A DNA stretch of 64,000 bases from an uncultured Candidatus Entotheonella sp. (GTDB lineage: Bacteria > Tectomicrobia > Entotheonellia > Entotheonellales > Entotheonellaceae). The stretch covers positions 544,001-608,000 of the forward strand of contig CBDCDA010000002.1 in the NCBI GenBank assembly GCA_965215335.1. The letters run 5' to 3'. A model generated the notes under the pieces. It was not told the DNA's origin, did not search any database, and saw only the letters and a list, made by a program, of their open reading frames with translations. The position numbers and the translations under genes are program-made. This document shows positions 9,119 to 19,319 of this stretch, one piece after another. Positions within the stretch are counted from its first letter, which is position 1, and each line of letters begins with the position of its first letter.

Positions 9119-11092
9119 ATGCCAGTCGTCAATCTCGACATCACACAACGCGAGCCGTTTGCCGCCGGCAAGTCCTTCGACCCGGTGGGGCCGTACGAGT
9201 TCCTGCAGGGCACGGCGCACTTTGCGGTGGACCCGCTGCACCCACGCAACGCCGCCATTACCGACCTGGACCTGGCCCCGCACGAGGCGAACGGCACGGT
9301 GGCGTTCTCGGCGCCGTTCGCCATGCTGCAGCCCGCCGACGCCGAGCGCGGCAACCGGCGGATGTTCTTTGACGTGATGAACCGCGGGCGCAAGACGGTT
9401 CTGCAGCGCTTCAACGACGCGCCGGACATTGTCGACCACCGCCTGCCACCCCAGCCGGGAAGCGGCTTCCTCATGCGCCGGGGCTTTACCGTGGTGTGGT
9501 GCGGCTGGCAGGCCGACGTGCCGCCGATGCCGGGACTGATGGGCTTGCAAGCACCGCAAGCTCTCGGGCCGCAAGGCCCGCTGCAGGGCAAAATCCTGTG
9601 CCAGTTTCAGGTCAACGAGCCGACCCCGCAATTGCTTCTCTCCGACCGCGAACACACGCCGCACCCCGCCGCCGACATCGACGAAGCCGGGGCGTTCCTG
9701 CAGGTACGCGACCACCCCAACACGCCGGCCACCGAAATTCCGCGCGCAGCGTGGTCTTTCGTGCAGGCGGATGGCGACACGGCGCCCAATTACGTGCGCC
9801 TGCACGCTGGTTTCGAGCCGGGGCGCATCTACCAACTGGTGTACACGACGCGCGGCAGCCGCATCGTCGGGCTCGGCTTCGCGGCGGTGCGCGACATCGC
9901 GGCGTTCCTGAAGCATGGCAGCGCAGCGGACGGTAATCCGTGCGCCGGGCGGCTGGACTACGCTCACGCCTTCGGCAGCTCGCAGAGCGGACGGTTCCTG
10001 CGGCAGATGCTCTATCACGGTCTGGTGGAGGACGAGACAGAACGACTGGCGCTGGACGGGGTCATTGCGCACGTGGCAGGCGGCATGCGCGGCGAGTTCA
10101 ATCTGCGCTTCGGCCAGCCGTCAAAGGATGTCTGCTTCATCATCCCGGAGCTGTTTCCGTTCACCGATACGCCACAAACCGACCCGCTCACGGGCCGCCG
10201 GGGAGCCCTGCTGGCAAACCTGGAAGCACGCGGCAAGGCGTCCAAGGTCATGTTCACCAACACGGCGGCAGAGTACTGGCGCGGCGACGCGGCACTCATC
10301 CACACCGACCTGGAAACGATGCGCGACCAGCCGGAATCGCCGTCGGTGCGGCGCTACCATTTTGCCGGCACGCACCACACCTCGGCACTCTTCCCCCTCG
10401 CCGGGTGGCGGGCCGCCGACGGCATGCGGGGGCAACTGCCGTTCAACACGGTCGATTTCAACCCGCTCCTGCGCGCCGCCCTGGTCAACCTCGACCGCTG
10501 GGTCAGCGAGGGCGTGCCGCCCCCCACCAGCCGCCACCCCTCTCTGAATGACGGCACCAGTGTGCCCTCCGACAGCCTCCCGGCGGTCTTTGCCAATCTG
10601 CCAGGCGTGCGCTTCCCGCCAAAGGTGACGCGGGCGCTGCGGCTGGACTACGGTCCCGAAACCGACCATGGCCGCACGGTGCGCCTGCCAGCCCAGGAGG
10701 GGGAGACGTACCCGGCGCTGGTTTCCGACGTGGATGCCGACGGCAACGAACGCGCCGGCATCCGCCTGCCCGATATCACCGTGCCGCTGGCCACCCATAC
10801 CGGTTGGAACCTGCGCCACGAGGCCGTCGGCAACCGGGACTTGGTGATTGGCATTACCGGAGGATTGGCGGGCTGGACACTGCCGTTCGCCGCTACCGGC
10901 GCCAGCCGCGAGGCGACCGGCGACCCACGCCCGTCCATCGACGAACGCTACGCCTCCCGCGACGAATACCTGCGCCGCGTGCGCGCCGCCACGCGGGAAC
11001 TCATCGCCGCCGGCTACGTGCTGGCGGAGGATTTGCCCCGCATCGTGGCTGCGGCCGGCGCGCGTTACGACGCCTTCAGGCATGGGAAATGA
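9119..11092 (+). CDS. large alpha/beta hydrolase domain protein
   Basis: NRGRK, WCGWQAD, GSSQSG nucleophile elbow, AEYWRG, VDADGNERAGIRLP, DPRPSIDERY. Confidence 0.85.
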   Translation: MPVVNLDITQREPFAAGKSFDPVGPYEFLQGTAHFAVDPLHPRNAAITDLDLAPHEANGTVAFSAPFAMLQPADAERGNRRMFFDVMNRGRKTVLQRFNDAPDIVDHRLPPQPGSGFLMRRGFTVVWCGWQADVPPMPGLMGLQAPQALGPQGPLQGKILCQFQVNEPTPQLLLSDREHTPHPAADIDEAGAFLQVRDHPNTPATEIPRAAWSFVQADGDTAPNYVRLHAGFEPGRIYQLVYTTRGSRIVGLGFAAVRDIAAFLKHGSAADGNPCAGRLDYAHAFGSSQSGRFLRQMLYHGLVEDETERLALDGVIAHVAGGMRGEFNLRFGQPSKDVCFIIPELFPFTDTPQTDPLTGRRGALLANLEARGKASKVMFTNTAAEYWRGDAALIHTDLETMRDQPESPSVRRYHFAGTHHTSALFPLAGWRAADGMRGQLPFNTVDFNPLLRAALVNLDRWVSEGVPPPTSRHPSLNDGTSVPSDSLPAVFANLPGVRFPPKVTRALRLDYGPETDHGRTVRLPAQEGETYPALVSDVDADGNERAGIRLPDITVPLATHTGWNLRHEAVGNRDLVIGITGGLAGWTLPFAATGASREATGDPRPSIDERYASRDEYLRRVRAATRELIAAGYVLAEDLPRIVAAAGARYDAFRHGK

Positions 11093-11443
11093 GTTGGCTT
11101 GCCCGTCACGCCACCGGTCCCTTCACCCACTGCCCGCGGGCCTGCAACTTCGCCAGGCTGTGGGACACAGGGCAGATTGCGGCGAACCAGACCCACCGGT
11201 CCATACCCCTCTCAGGCCGCAAACCGCTGGCTTCATCTTACCCGGCAACGTGTGCGACGTGAACGAGGGTCGCGGGCGGGCATGGGGCTGTCGGATTACG
11301 GCCACACGAATCCGACTTGCGGCTTGATGCGAAGCCAGAGGAAGAATGACAGAGGCCGCCAGGCGACGGCTCGATCTCACACCGGCGCATTGCCGATGGC
11401 GGCCTTCCTGCGGGCTGCAGCGTCGTCGGCTGCAACCGGCGAG

Positions 11444-12322
11444 CTAGAAGGCCGTGCTGACCGTCGCGAACGCATCGCGCCCGCGAGCATACGAGCGGAT
11501 ATTCTGCGCCGCGTTGCGGTTGATGAATTCACGGCCCCACATGGGGTGGCGCATGCTGCGCACCTCGTGCTCGATGGTGAACAAAACCTTGCCGGTGTCG
11601 GGATGCACGATGTCCTGGAAACGGTACTGGCAGGTATCGCTTTCCTCGGTGATCAGGCCATGCTCGTTCAGGAAGGCGTGCGGGCCGGAGAAATTGGCCA
11701 CGTAGACGGCGATGTGGTGGCCGTCGTAGGCGGGAAGGGCTTTGCGGGTTTCGCGGAAGATCAGCTTCTGCTCACAGCCGACGAGCACTTCGACGACGGC
11801 GCCGTTGGTATCTTCCGACAGCGTGTAGGGCGCCTGCATGACGGTCTTGTAAAACTGCCCGATACCCGCCGCCGTGCCCCGCATGACCGGAAACTCGACG
11901 TAGGGAATGCCCAAGGTCATCTCGCCGAATGCTCCCGCGTCCGGCGCGTGGCAGCGGAACTGGTTGCCCCACGGTCCGGTGACGTTGACGTGGCCGTTTT
12001 CCTCGGCGCAGGTGAATTGCGTCTCCGCCAGCGACTCTTGCAGCGCCACGAGGCGCATCTTGAGGGCCTCGAGGTCGGGTACCACCAGGCCGATGACGCC
12101 CCGCAGCACTTGCGGCTCGCGGGTTGGCAGGTGGAACTGCTGCTGCCCGACGTTCACCCACATGTTTTCGGCGCTCACCATCATGTAGGGGTCACGGGTA
12201 AAGCCCAGGCCGGTGACGTAAAACTGCGTGGCCGTCACTTGGTCGGGAGCCGTCACGTTGACGTGCTCCATGGCGAGAATGTTGCCAACGTCTTGCGATG
12301 CGCGGTCGAATATCTTCTTCAT
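11444..12322 (-). CDS. VOC/glyoxalase-like protein
   Basis: EHVNVTAPDQ...FYVTGLG, QFHLP and HHIAVYV repeats typical of the VOC fold; AGGAGA RBS. Confidence 0.75.
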   Translation of the reverse strand: MKKIFDRASQDVGNILAMEHVNVTAPDQVTATQFYVTGLGFTRDPYMMVSAENMWVNVGQQQFHLPTREPQVLRGVIGLVVPDLEALKMRLVALQESLAETQFTCAEENGHVNVTGPWGNQFRCHAPDAGAFGEMTLGIPYVEFPVMRGTAAGIGQFYKTVMQAPYTLSEDTNGAVVEVLVGCEQKLIFRETRKALPAYDGHHIAVYVANFSGPHAFLNEHGLITEESDTCQYRFQDIVHPDTGKVLFTIEHEVRSMRHPMWGREFINRNAAQNIRSYARGRDAFATVSTAF

Positions 12323-12381
12323 GGGAACCGGTCTCCTCAACATAAGCAGGAAAGGGTTTGATGCCGGGGGAACGCGGCGGA

Positions 12382-13335
12382 TTATAGCACAGGCGCCCCG
12401 GCCGGCGGTTCGGCGGCGTACGCCTCCGGGTCGGGCAGGGGCTTGCCCAGCACGTGCCGCAGGGCCCCCTCGAGCGCCGGATAGCGAAAGGCGTAGCCCG
12501 AGGCGTTGAGCTTGGCGGGCTCGACGCGCGTGCTGGCGAGCAGCAGGGCGTCGGCCATCTCGCCGAACAGCAGGCGGGCGGCCAGGGCGGGTACGGCGAA
12601 TCGCGTCGGGCGCCGCAACACCCGGCCCAGCGTCCTGGTAAAATCGCGATTGCTCACCGGTCCGGGCGCCACGAGGTTCACGGCGCCATGCAGGGATTCG
12701 GTTGTCAGCACGTGCAAAATGGCGCCTGCGACGTCGTCCAGCGTGACCCAGCTCACGTACTGGGCGCCACCGCCGAGCCTGCCGCCGAGGCCGAGCCGGA
12801 ACGGCGGCAGCATCTGACCAAGGGCGCCGCCGGACGCGCTCAACACCATGCCCAGGCGCAGCAGCACGACCCGAATGCCCCGTTCCATCGCCGGCGCTGC
12901 CGCCGCTTCCCAATCAACGCAGACGCGCGCCAGAAAATCCTCCCCGGCGCGACTTTCCTCCCGCAGCAGGCGTTCGCCGCGGTCGCCATAATACCCGATG
13001 GCAGAAGCGCACACGAAGGTCTTGGGCGGTTTGACGACCTGCCGTAGCGCCTCGCAAATGACCCGGGTACCGCGCACCCGGCTGTCGTAGATGCGTCGTT
13101 TCTTGTCGGCTGTCCAGCGCCCGGCGATGCTCTCGCCGGCCAGATGCAAGACGGCGTCCATTCCTTCCAGGGCCTGCGGGGGCATGCGCCCGGCCTCCGG
13201 CTCCCAGGCCACTTCTCCCCATCCCGGACGCGCCCGCCCGCGAACCAGCCGCGTCACCCGATGCCCCGCCGCTTCAAGATCAGGCGTCAGCGCCGATCCG
13301 ATCAGTCCGCTTGCTCCACTTACGAGTACATGCAT
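12382..13335 (-). CDS. TIGR01777 family (YfcH-like) NAD-dependent epimerase
   Basis: VLVSGASGLIG, HLAGESI, ASAIGYYG, LGGGAQYVSW. Confidence 0.92.
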   Translation of the reverse strand: MHVLVSGASGLIGSALTPDLEAAGHRVTRLVRGRARPGWGEVAWEPEAGRMPPQALEGMDAVLHLAGESIAGRWTADKKRRIYDSRVRGTRVICEALRQVVKPPKTFVCASAIGYYGDRGERLLREESRAGEDFLARVCVDWEAAAAPAMERGIRVVLLRLGMVLSASGGALGQMLPPFRLGLGGRLGGGAQYVSWVTLDDVAGAILHVLTTESLHGAVNLVAPGPVSNRDFTRTLGRVLRRPTRFAVPALAARLLFGEMADALLLASTRVEPAKLNASGYAFRYPALEGALRHVLGKPLPDPEAYAAEPPAGAPVL

Positions 13336-13387
13336 GGCCTTCTCCCAGTCAGCGTGCCAGACATGGCTCCGAGCCATCCTTGCCGCT

Positions 13388-13444
13388 CCCCCTTACCCCC
13401 CTGATCAAGTCCGGGCAGGCTCTCCCCCGCCTGGAAAGAGGAGC
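13388..13444. repeat. C-rich/G-rich palindromic intergenic repeat
   Basis: CCCCTTACCCCC-CTGATCAAGTCCGGGCAGG-CTCTCCCCC...GGAAAGAGG; related to 57641-57679 and 61994-62026. Confidence 0.5.
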
Positions 13445-13450
13445 AGGGCA

Positions 13451-14218
13451 CTACCCCAGCGATACGATGCCCTCAGCCACCGGCTGCAGGCGTTCCAGAA
13501 CCAGCGGGTCGTGGCCGGGGACAATCAGATCCGGCTTGTCGGCCAACTCGCGCATACGCTCGAAGCTGTCGTACATGCCGGGCAGGTCGTGCAGCACCAT
13601 GAACGGCACGTCCTGCTCGATATTGTGGTAATAGTGCGAGGCGTCCGCAGCCAGCACCGCCCGCCCCAGGGCGGTCTGCGCGGTGACGATTTGCAGGCCG
13701 GCGGTGTGGCCACCGACCCGGTGTGCGTGCACGCCCGGGACGATCTCGCGCGCGCCGTCAACCAGCGTCAGCCGCCCCTCGTAGTTGTAACGCACCATGG
13801 CCACCACGTCATCCACCTCGATGGAATGCCGAAAGGCGGCGTGACGCACGTACTTGCCGGTGCAGAAACGCATTTCGTCTTCTTGCAGGTAGAAAGTGGC
13901 GTTCGGGAACAGGTCGTAATTGCCGACGTGGTCGTAGTGCATGTGACTGACGATGACGTGCGACACGCTGGCGCAGTCGATGCCCAGTTCCGCCAGACCC
14001 ACCGACGGGCAGCGCAGGAATTCGCGCCCGCGGCGCGTACCGACTGCCTCGGTAAAGCCCAGGTCGACGACCACCGTGTGCTGGTCATTCACCAGCACCC
14101 ACACGAAATAGGCCATCTTCATCGGCGTGTCATGATGGTCACCGTAGAACAATTCCGTTGACGTGGCCTCGCGGCGGGCGTACTGCACCGCGTAGATGGT
14201 GTAGGGCGAGAGCGGCAT
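13451..14218 (-). CDS. N-acyl homoserine lactonase family metallo-beta-lactamase fold hydrolase
   Basis: SHMHYDH, GGHTAG, LAADA and PGHD motifs; GGAGG RBS. Confidence 0.88.
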   Translation of the reverse strand: MPLSPYTIYAVQYARREATSTELFYGDHHDTPMKMAYFVWVLVNDQHTVVVDLGFTEAVGTRRGREFLRCPSVGLAELGIDCASVSHVIVSHMHYDHVGNYDLFPNATFYLQEDEMRFCTGKYVRHAAFRHSIEVDDVVAMVRYNYEGRLTLVDGAREIVPGVHAHRVGGHTAGLQIVTAQTALGRAVLAADASHYYHNIEQDVPFMVLHDLPGMYDSFERMRELADKPDLIVPGHDPLVLERLQPVAEGIVSLG

Positions 14219-14541
14219 GGCTTCTCCTCCGGTCGGCCCGAATACGATATCAAGGCCCTGTTTCTCAACGCCGCGTCGCCTGCAGGCGACGATGTGGGCG
14301 AATTCTACACCTTTGGCGGCTGGTCGGTCAGAAACGGCTTGTCCAGTAGCGCGTGGCGCGACCCCGAATGGGCCGAGCCCCGGCTCGTAGGGCCAGTTCA
14401 TCCCGACGGGTTTTTGCCCTTCGAGAAATCGACATCCGAAGACCTCGCGGCCACGGCTGAATTCCGCTCGCGCCTCGACGAAGGGAAGGATACACCCCCG
14501 CCTTGGCGGCGCCCGCGACCACCAAGGCTGTCTTTTGTCTG

Positions 14542-15738
14542 CTACGGGCGCTCGAACAACGCGGCAACGCCCTGGCCGCCGCCGACGCACATGGTCTCCA
14601 GGCCGTAGCGGCCGTCCCGGCGCTGCATCTCGTGCAGCAGCGTGGTGAGGATGCGGGCGCCAGTGGCGGCGATGGGATGGCCGAGCGAAATGCCGGAGCC
14701 GTGCACGTTCAGCTTGCTGTCATCCTCCAGCTTCCACTCCTTTAACACCGCCAGCACCTGGGCGGCGAAGGCTTCATTGAGCTCGATCACGTCGATGTCG
14801 TCCAACGTCAATCCGGTGCGCGCGAACAGCTTCTGTACCGCCGGCACCGGCCCGATGCCCATGTAGGCCGGGTGCACCCCGGCCACCGACCAGCCCCTCA
14901 GAAAGGCCATCGGCTTCAACCCCAACTCGTCGAGCTTGTCGGCAGCCACGACCAGGCAGACCGACGCGGCGTCGTTCTGCGAACTGGCGTTCCCCGCCGT
15001 CACGGTACCCCCTTTCGTCATCGGTCGCAGCCTGGCAAGAATTTCCAGAGACGTGTCGGGACGCGGCCCCTCATCCGTTTCGAACACCTCGGGGCCGCGG
15101 CGGCGCTGCGGCACGCTGACCGGCACGATCTCGTCGGCGAACAGGCCCTGTTCCCGCGCCGCTACGGCGCGTTGGTGGCTGCGCAGGGCGTAGGCATCCT
15201 GTTCCTGACGCGAAATGTCGTGACGTTCGGCAAGGTTTTCCGCCGTCTCGATCATCCCGGAGATGAACCCGAAGCGCTCCTCGGGGGCCACGGTGGAACG
15301 CGCCCGTGTCAGGCGGTCGTGCAAGGTCACCGAGCCCAGGCGGCTGCCGGCCCGCATGTCCGTGCTGTAGAACTCCACCCGGCTCATGCTCTCGACGCCG
15401 CCGGCCACCACCACGTCCGCATTGCCGGTCTGCACCATCATGCTGGCGTTGAGAATGGCCTGCAGGCCCGACGAGCAACGGCGGTCCAGCTGATACCCCG
15501 GCACCTCGATGGGCAATCCGGCCTTCAGGGCGCACAGGCGGCCGATCGCCGGCTCCTCACCGCTGGCATAGCCATGCCCCAGGATGACCTCATCTATCCT
15601 GTCGGGTGCCAGACTCGTGCGCTCCAGGACAGCCTTGATGACGGTCGAACCCAACTCGGCGGCGGATACCTCCTTCAGCGCCCCGCCAAAGCTCCCGACC
15701 GCCGTGCGAACAGGGCTGACAATGGCGACATCTCTCAC
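14542..15738 (-). CDS. acetyl-CoA C-acyltransferase (thiolase)
   Basis: DRRCSSG, NEAFAAQ, GHPIAATG, TMCVGGGQG. Confidence 0.95.
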   Translation of the reverse strand: MRDVAIVSPVRTAVGSFGGALKEVSAAELGSTVIKAVLERTSLAPDRIDEVILGHGYASGEEPAIGRLCALKAGLPIEVPGYQLDRRCSSGLQAILNASMMVQTGNADVVVAGGVESMSRVEFYSTDMRAGSRLGSVTLHDRLTRARSTVAPEERFGFISGMIETAENLAERHDISRQEQDAYALRSHQRAVAAREQGLFADEIVPVSVPQRRRGPEVFETDEGPRPDTSLEILARLRPMTKGGTVTAGNASSQNDAASVCLVVAADKLDELGLKPMAFLRGWSVAGVHPAYMGIGPVPAVQKLFARTGLTLDDIDVIELNEAFAAQVLAVLKEWKLEDDSKLNVHGSGISLGHPIAATGARILTTLLHEMQRRDGRYGLETMCVGGGQGVAALFERP

Positions 15739-15916
15739 GGTATTCCCCTCTGGATGGAAGGTTGTTGACGCGGGTGGTCGTCTGACATACGGGCGGGAAC
15801 GACTGTAGGACATCCGACGGCTGCAAGCAACCGCCACGGGGTTGACCCTGTTCGGCCCGCCGCCGTACACTGCGAACCGAACACCAAGGGGAGCGCCAGA
15901 CGGAGAGGGACGTAAC

Positions 15917-17299
15917 ATGCAGGAAGAACCGACCAGCTTACGCATCGAGGACCCGGGCGTTCGGAGACTGTTCTCGGAAGCGGCACGCTACCAGGCTTGG
16001 CTGGACGTCGAAGCCACCCTGGCACAGGCGCAGGCGGAACTCGACATCATCCCCGCACAGGCAGCCGCGGAGATCACCCGCAAGGCGCAGCTTTCCCACC
16101 TCGACATGGACGCCATCCGGGACGGTCTGGTGCGCACCGGGCACGCCCTGGTGCCGCTGATCTGGGAGTTGGACCGGGTGTGCGACGGCAATGCCGGCGG
16201 CTACGTGCACTGGGGCGCCACGACGCAGAACATCACGCAGACCGGGCAACTCCTGCTGGTGCGCCAGGCGCACACGATCTTCCTCAACCAGCTGGCTGCC
16301 CTGCTCAACCAGCTGGCCGACCTTGCCGAGGAGACCAAGGACGCCCTGCTGCCGGGACGAACGCATGGCCAGCACGCGGTTCCGGCAACGTTCGGCTACA
16401 AGGTGGCGGTGTGGATCGACGAGTTGTGCCGCCACGTGGAGCGGCTGCGAGGCTGCGAGGCGCGTGTTTTTGTGGCCATGCTCGGCGGCGGCGCTGGTAC
16501 GCTGGCGTCGTTGGGGGACCTCGGACTGCCGACGCAGGCGCTGATGGCACAGCGCCTTGGCATGACGCCCATGCCGGTTCCCTCTCGCAGCCTGGGCGAT
16601 CACCAGGCCGAGTACGTGAGCCTGCTCGCGCTGCTCGCCGCCACGTGCAGCAAGATCGGGCGGGAAATTTACACGCTCATGAAGCAGGAATTCGGCGAGG
16701 TCGAGGAGCCGGTGCCGCCCGGCACGGTGGGCAGCAGCACCATGCCGCAGAAACGCAATCCCAAGCTGGCGCAGGACGTCGTGGCCGCGGCAGCCCAGGT
16801 GCGCGCCCTGGTGCCCTTGGCGCTGGAAGCCATGCAGACCGAGCACGAGGCCGATCGTACCACCAGCGTCATGATGCAGCGCGCCATCAGCGAGGCATGC
16901 GGACTGACCGGCGACATCCTGCAACGGCTCATCGCGCTGTTTTCGGGTCTGCAGGTGTTTCCCGAACGCATGCGCCGCAACCTCGACCTCAGCGGCGGCC
17001 TGATCATGGCAGAGGCGCTGATGCTCGACCTCGGCCAGCAGATCGGCCGGCAACGGGCGCACGACGTCGTCTACGACCTGGCGCAGGCAGCCGTGACCGA
17101 AGAACAATCCTTTCACGAGTTGCTGGCCGCCGACCCCGCCGTTCGGGGCCACCTGAGCGACGCGCAGACCGCCGCCCTGCTGGACCCGGGCCGCTACACT
17201 GGCATGTGCCGCCACTTCGCCGAGCAGGGCGCTATGCAGGCCCGCGAGACCGCGGCGGCGATCAGCCGCCGCACCATGACCGAACGACCCCCAAGCTGA
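15917..17299 (+). CDS. adenylosuccinate lyase / 3-carboxy-cis,cis-muconate cycloisomerase (PcaB-like) family lyase
   Basis: HWGATTQN, GRTHGQHA and GSSTMPQKRNP fumarate-lyase signature. Confidence 0.9.
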   Translation: MQEEPTSLRIEDPGVRRLFSEAARYQAWLDVEATLAQAQAELDIIPAQAAAEITRKAQLSHLDMDAIRDGLVRTGHALVPLIWELDRVCDGNAGGYVHWGATTQNITQTGQLLLVRQAHTIFLNQLAALLNQLADLAEETKDALLPGRTHGQHAVPATFGYKVAVWIDELCRHVERLRGCEARVFVAMLGGGAGTLASLGDLGLPTQALMAQRLGMTPMPVPSRSLGDHQAEYVSLLALLAATCSKIGREIYTLMKQEFGEVEEPVPPGTVGSSTMPQKRNPKLAQDVVAAAAQVRALVPLALEAMQTEHEADRTTSVMMQRAISEACGLTGDILQRLIALFSGLQVFPERMRRNLDLSGGLIMAEALMLDLGQQIGRQRAHDVVYDLAQAAVTEEQSFHELLAADPAVRGHLSDAQTAALLDPGRYTGMCRHFAEQGAMQARETAAAISRRTMTERPPS

Positions 17300-17316
17300 T
17301 CAGGAGACATCGCTTC

Positions 17317-18207
17317 ATGGCCACTCCCGAACTTGCCGACCTCATCAACCTGCTGCGCTCCAGGCCGGTGGTGGAAAACCCGCCGGTGGCCGACATGCGA
17401 AAGGGCTTCGACGTCCTGGCATCCAAATTCCCTCTTACACCAGGATTCGCGTTCACCCGCATCGACGCAGGCGGCGTACCGGCCGCCTGGGTCGAAGCCC
17501 CTGGCACCGACCCTGGGCGTATCATGCTGTACCTGCACGGCGGCGGTTACGTGATCGGCTCCATCGACACGCACCGTGAGCTGGCCGGGCGGCTGTCACA
17601 GGCCGCCGCGGCGCGCGTGCTCATCATTGACTACCGTCTGGCCCCCGAACACCCCTATCCCGCCGCGGTCGATGACGCTGCCGCGGCCTATCGCTGGCTG
17701 CTGGCCGACGGCAACGCGCCGGCCCGCATGGTTATCGCTGGCGACTCCGCAGGCGGTGGATTGACGGTGGCCACCCTGCTTGCCCTGCGCGAGTCGGGCG
17801 ACCCGTTGCCTGCCGCCGGGGTGTGTCTGTCGCCGTGGGTGGACATGGAGGGCATCGGCGATTCCATGACCAGCAAGGCGGACGTCGATCCCATGGTGCG
17901 GCACGAGGGACTGCTGCGCATGGCGAGCCTCTACCTGAACGGCGCCGACCCGCGCACGCCGCTGGCGGCGCCCCTGTATGCCGACCTGAGCGGCCTGCCG
18001 CCGTTGCTGATCCACGTCGGCACTGCCGAAACGCTGCTGGACGACGCCATCCGCCTGGCCGAGCGCGCCAGAGCCACCGGCGTGGACGTGACCCTGGAGT
18101 CGTGGGACGACATGATTCACGTCTGGCACATCTTCGCACCGCTGCTCCCCGAAGGGCAGCAGGCCGTCGAGCGGGTGGGCGAGTACGTGCGCGAACGGAC
18201 GGCGTAG
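17317..18207 (+). CDS. HSL-family alpha/beta esterase
   Basis: HGGG, YRLAPEHP, GDSAG, HVW. Confidence 0.93.
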   Translation: MATPELADLINLLRSRPVVENPPVADMRKGFDVLASKFPLTPGFAFTRIDAGGVPAAWVEAPGTDPGRIMLYLHGGGYVIGSIDTHRELAGRLSQAAAARVLIIDYRLAPEHPYPAAVDDAAAAYRWLLADGNAPARMVIAGDSAGGGLTVATLLALRESGDPLPAAGVCLSPWVDMEGIGDSMTSKADVDPMVRHEGLLRMASLYLNGADPRTPLAAPLYADLSGLPPLLIHVGTAETLLDDAIRLAERARATGVDVTLESWDDMIHVWHIFAPLLPEGQQAVERVGEYVRERTA

Positions 18208-18278
18208 GACGTGTTGACAGGCCAACGGACGTTCACTAGCATGGACGGCCCTCTGTGAACCTGCCAAAAGCATGGCAT

Positions 18279-18375
18279 GGAAGCGTATCGGTGCTGGTGT
18301 GCCGCCTGGACTTCAAATCCAGTGACCGGGGCTAATAACTTCGGAGGTGGGTTCGACTCCCACACGCTTCCGCCA
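18279..18375 (+). tRNA. selC: tRNA-Sec (anticodon UCA)
   Basis: GGAAGCGT/ACGCTTCC 8-bp acceptor stem; anticodon arm CTGGA-CTTCAAA-TCCAG; long variable arm; GGTTCGACTC T loop; encoded GCCA 3' end. Confidence 0.96.
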
Positions 18376-18527
18376 CGCTTCCTCATCCCGCCGGTGTCGC
18401 ACGCGGCAAGCCGGTGGATCACCTCGACACGGCAATGGAGTCGAGCAGCATCGAAGCCTGTCCCGCATTCGTGCTTCTGCCCGACCCATCCTGTTGACGA
18501 ACGGCGTGACAATGACGGAGAAACGTA

Positions 18528-19319
18528 ATGGATTATGGCATCGAGGGGCGAATCGCGCTGGTGGCGGCTTCGAGCAAGGGGCTGGGCAAGGCATGCGCCA
18601 TGGGTCTGGCGCGCGAGGGCGCAAAGGTCGCGCTGTGTGCCCGCAACGACGACGAGCTGCAAAAGGCCGCCCAGGAGATTGAATCGGCCACCGGCGCCGA
18701 GGTGTTCGCGCAGACGGCCGACATGAGCCGGCCGGACGACATCGAGAGCCTGATCGGAACGGCACGGAAACATTTCGGGCGTCTCGACATCCTGGTCACC
18801 AACGCCGGCGGCCCGCCGCCGGGGCAGTTCATGGACTTCACCGACGACGACTGGCTGGCGGCGCTGAATCTGAATCTGCTCAGCACCATCCGTCTGATTC
18901 GCGGTGTCATGCCGCAGATGCAGGCGCAGCAGTGGGGCCGCATCGTCAACATCACCTCGGTGACGGTCAAGCAGCCGTTCGAGGCGTTGCTGCTCTCCAA
19001 CGTGTCGCGCGCCGGGGTGGTCACCCTGTCCAAGACGCTCTCCAATCAACTGGCCAGGGACAACGTGCTGATCAACACCGTGTGTCCGGGGATCATCCTC
19101 ACCGACCGTGTGAGGCAGGTGACGCACAACATGGCCGAAACGCAGGGGATCAGCGAGGACGCGGCGCTGGAGGCATACGTGTCGCCCATTCCCATGGCGC
19201 GCGCCGGGCAGCCCGCCGAGTTTGCCGACCTGGTCGTTTTTCTGAGTTCGGAGCGCTGCAGCTACATCACGGGCACCGTCACCCAGATCGACGGGGGCTT
19301 TGTAAAGGGCTATTACTGA
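18528..19319 (+). CDS. SDR family oxidoreductase
   Basis: ALVAASSKGLG, LVTNAGGP, SNVSR (atypical catalytic motif). Confidence 0.92.
   Translation: MDYGIEGRIALVAASSKGLGKACAMGLAREGAKVALCARNDDELQKAAQEIESATGAEVFAQTADMSRPDDIESLIGTARKHFGRLDILVTNAGGPPPGQFMDFTDDDWLAALNLNLLSTIRLIRGVMPQMQAQQWGRIVNITSVTVKQPFEALLLSNVSRAGVVTLSKTLSNQLARDNVLINTVCPGIILTDRVRQVTHNMAETQGISEDAALEAYVSPIPMARAGQPAEFADLVVFLSSERCSYITGTVTQIDGGFVKGYY

Noticed and set aside
15997..17316. Long N-terminal extension of the esterase ORF (likewise 45894-46631, 57778-58065 and 12323-12913)
   Set aside because: These overlap bona fide upstream genes in another frame; downstream starts fit the family lengths.
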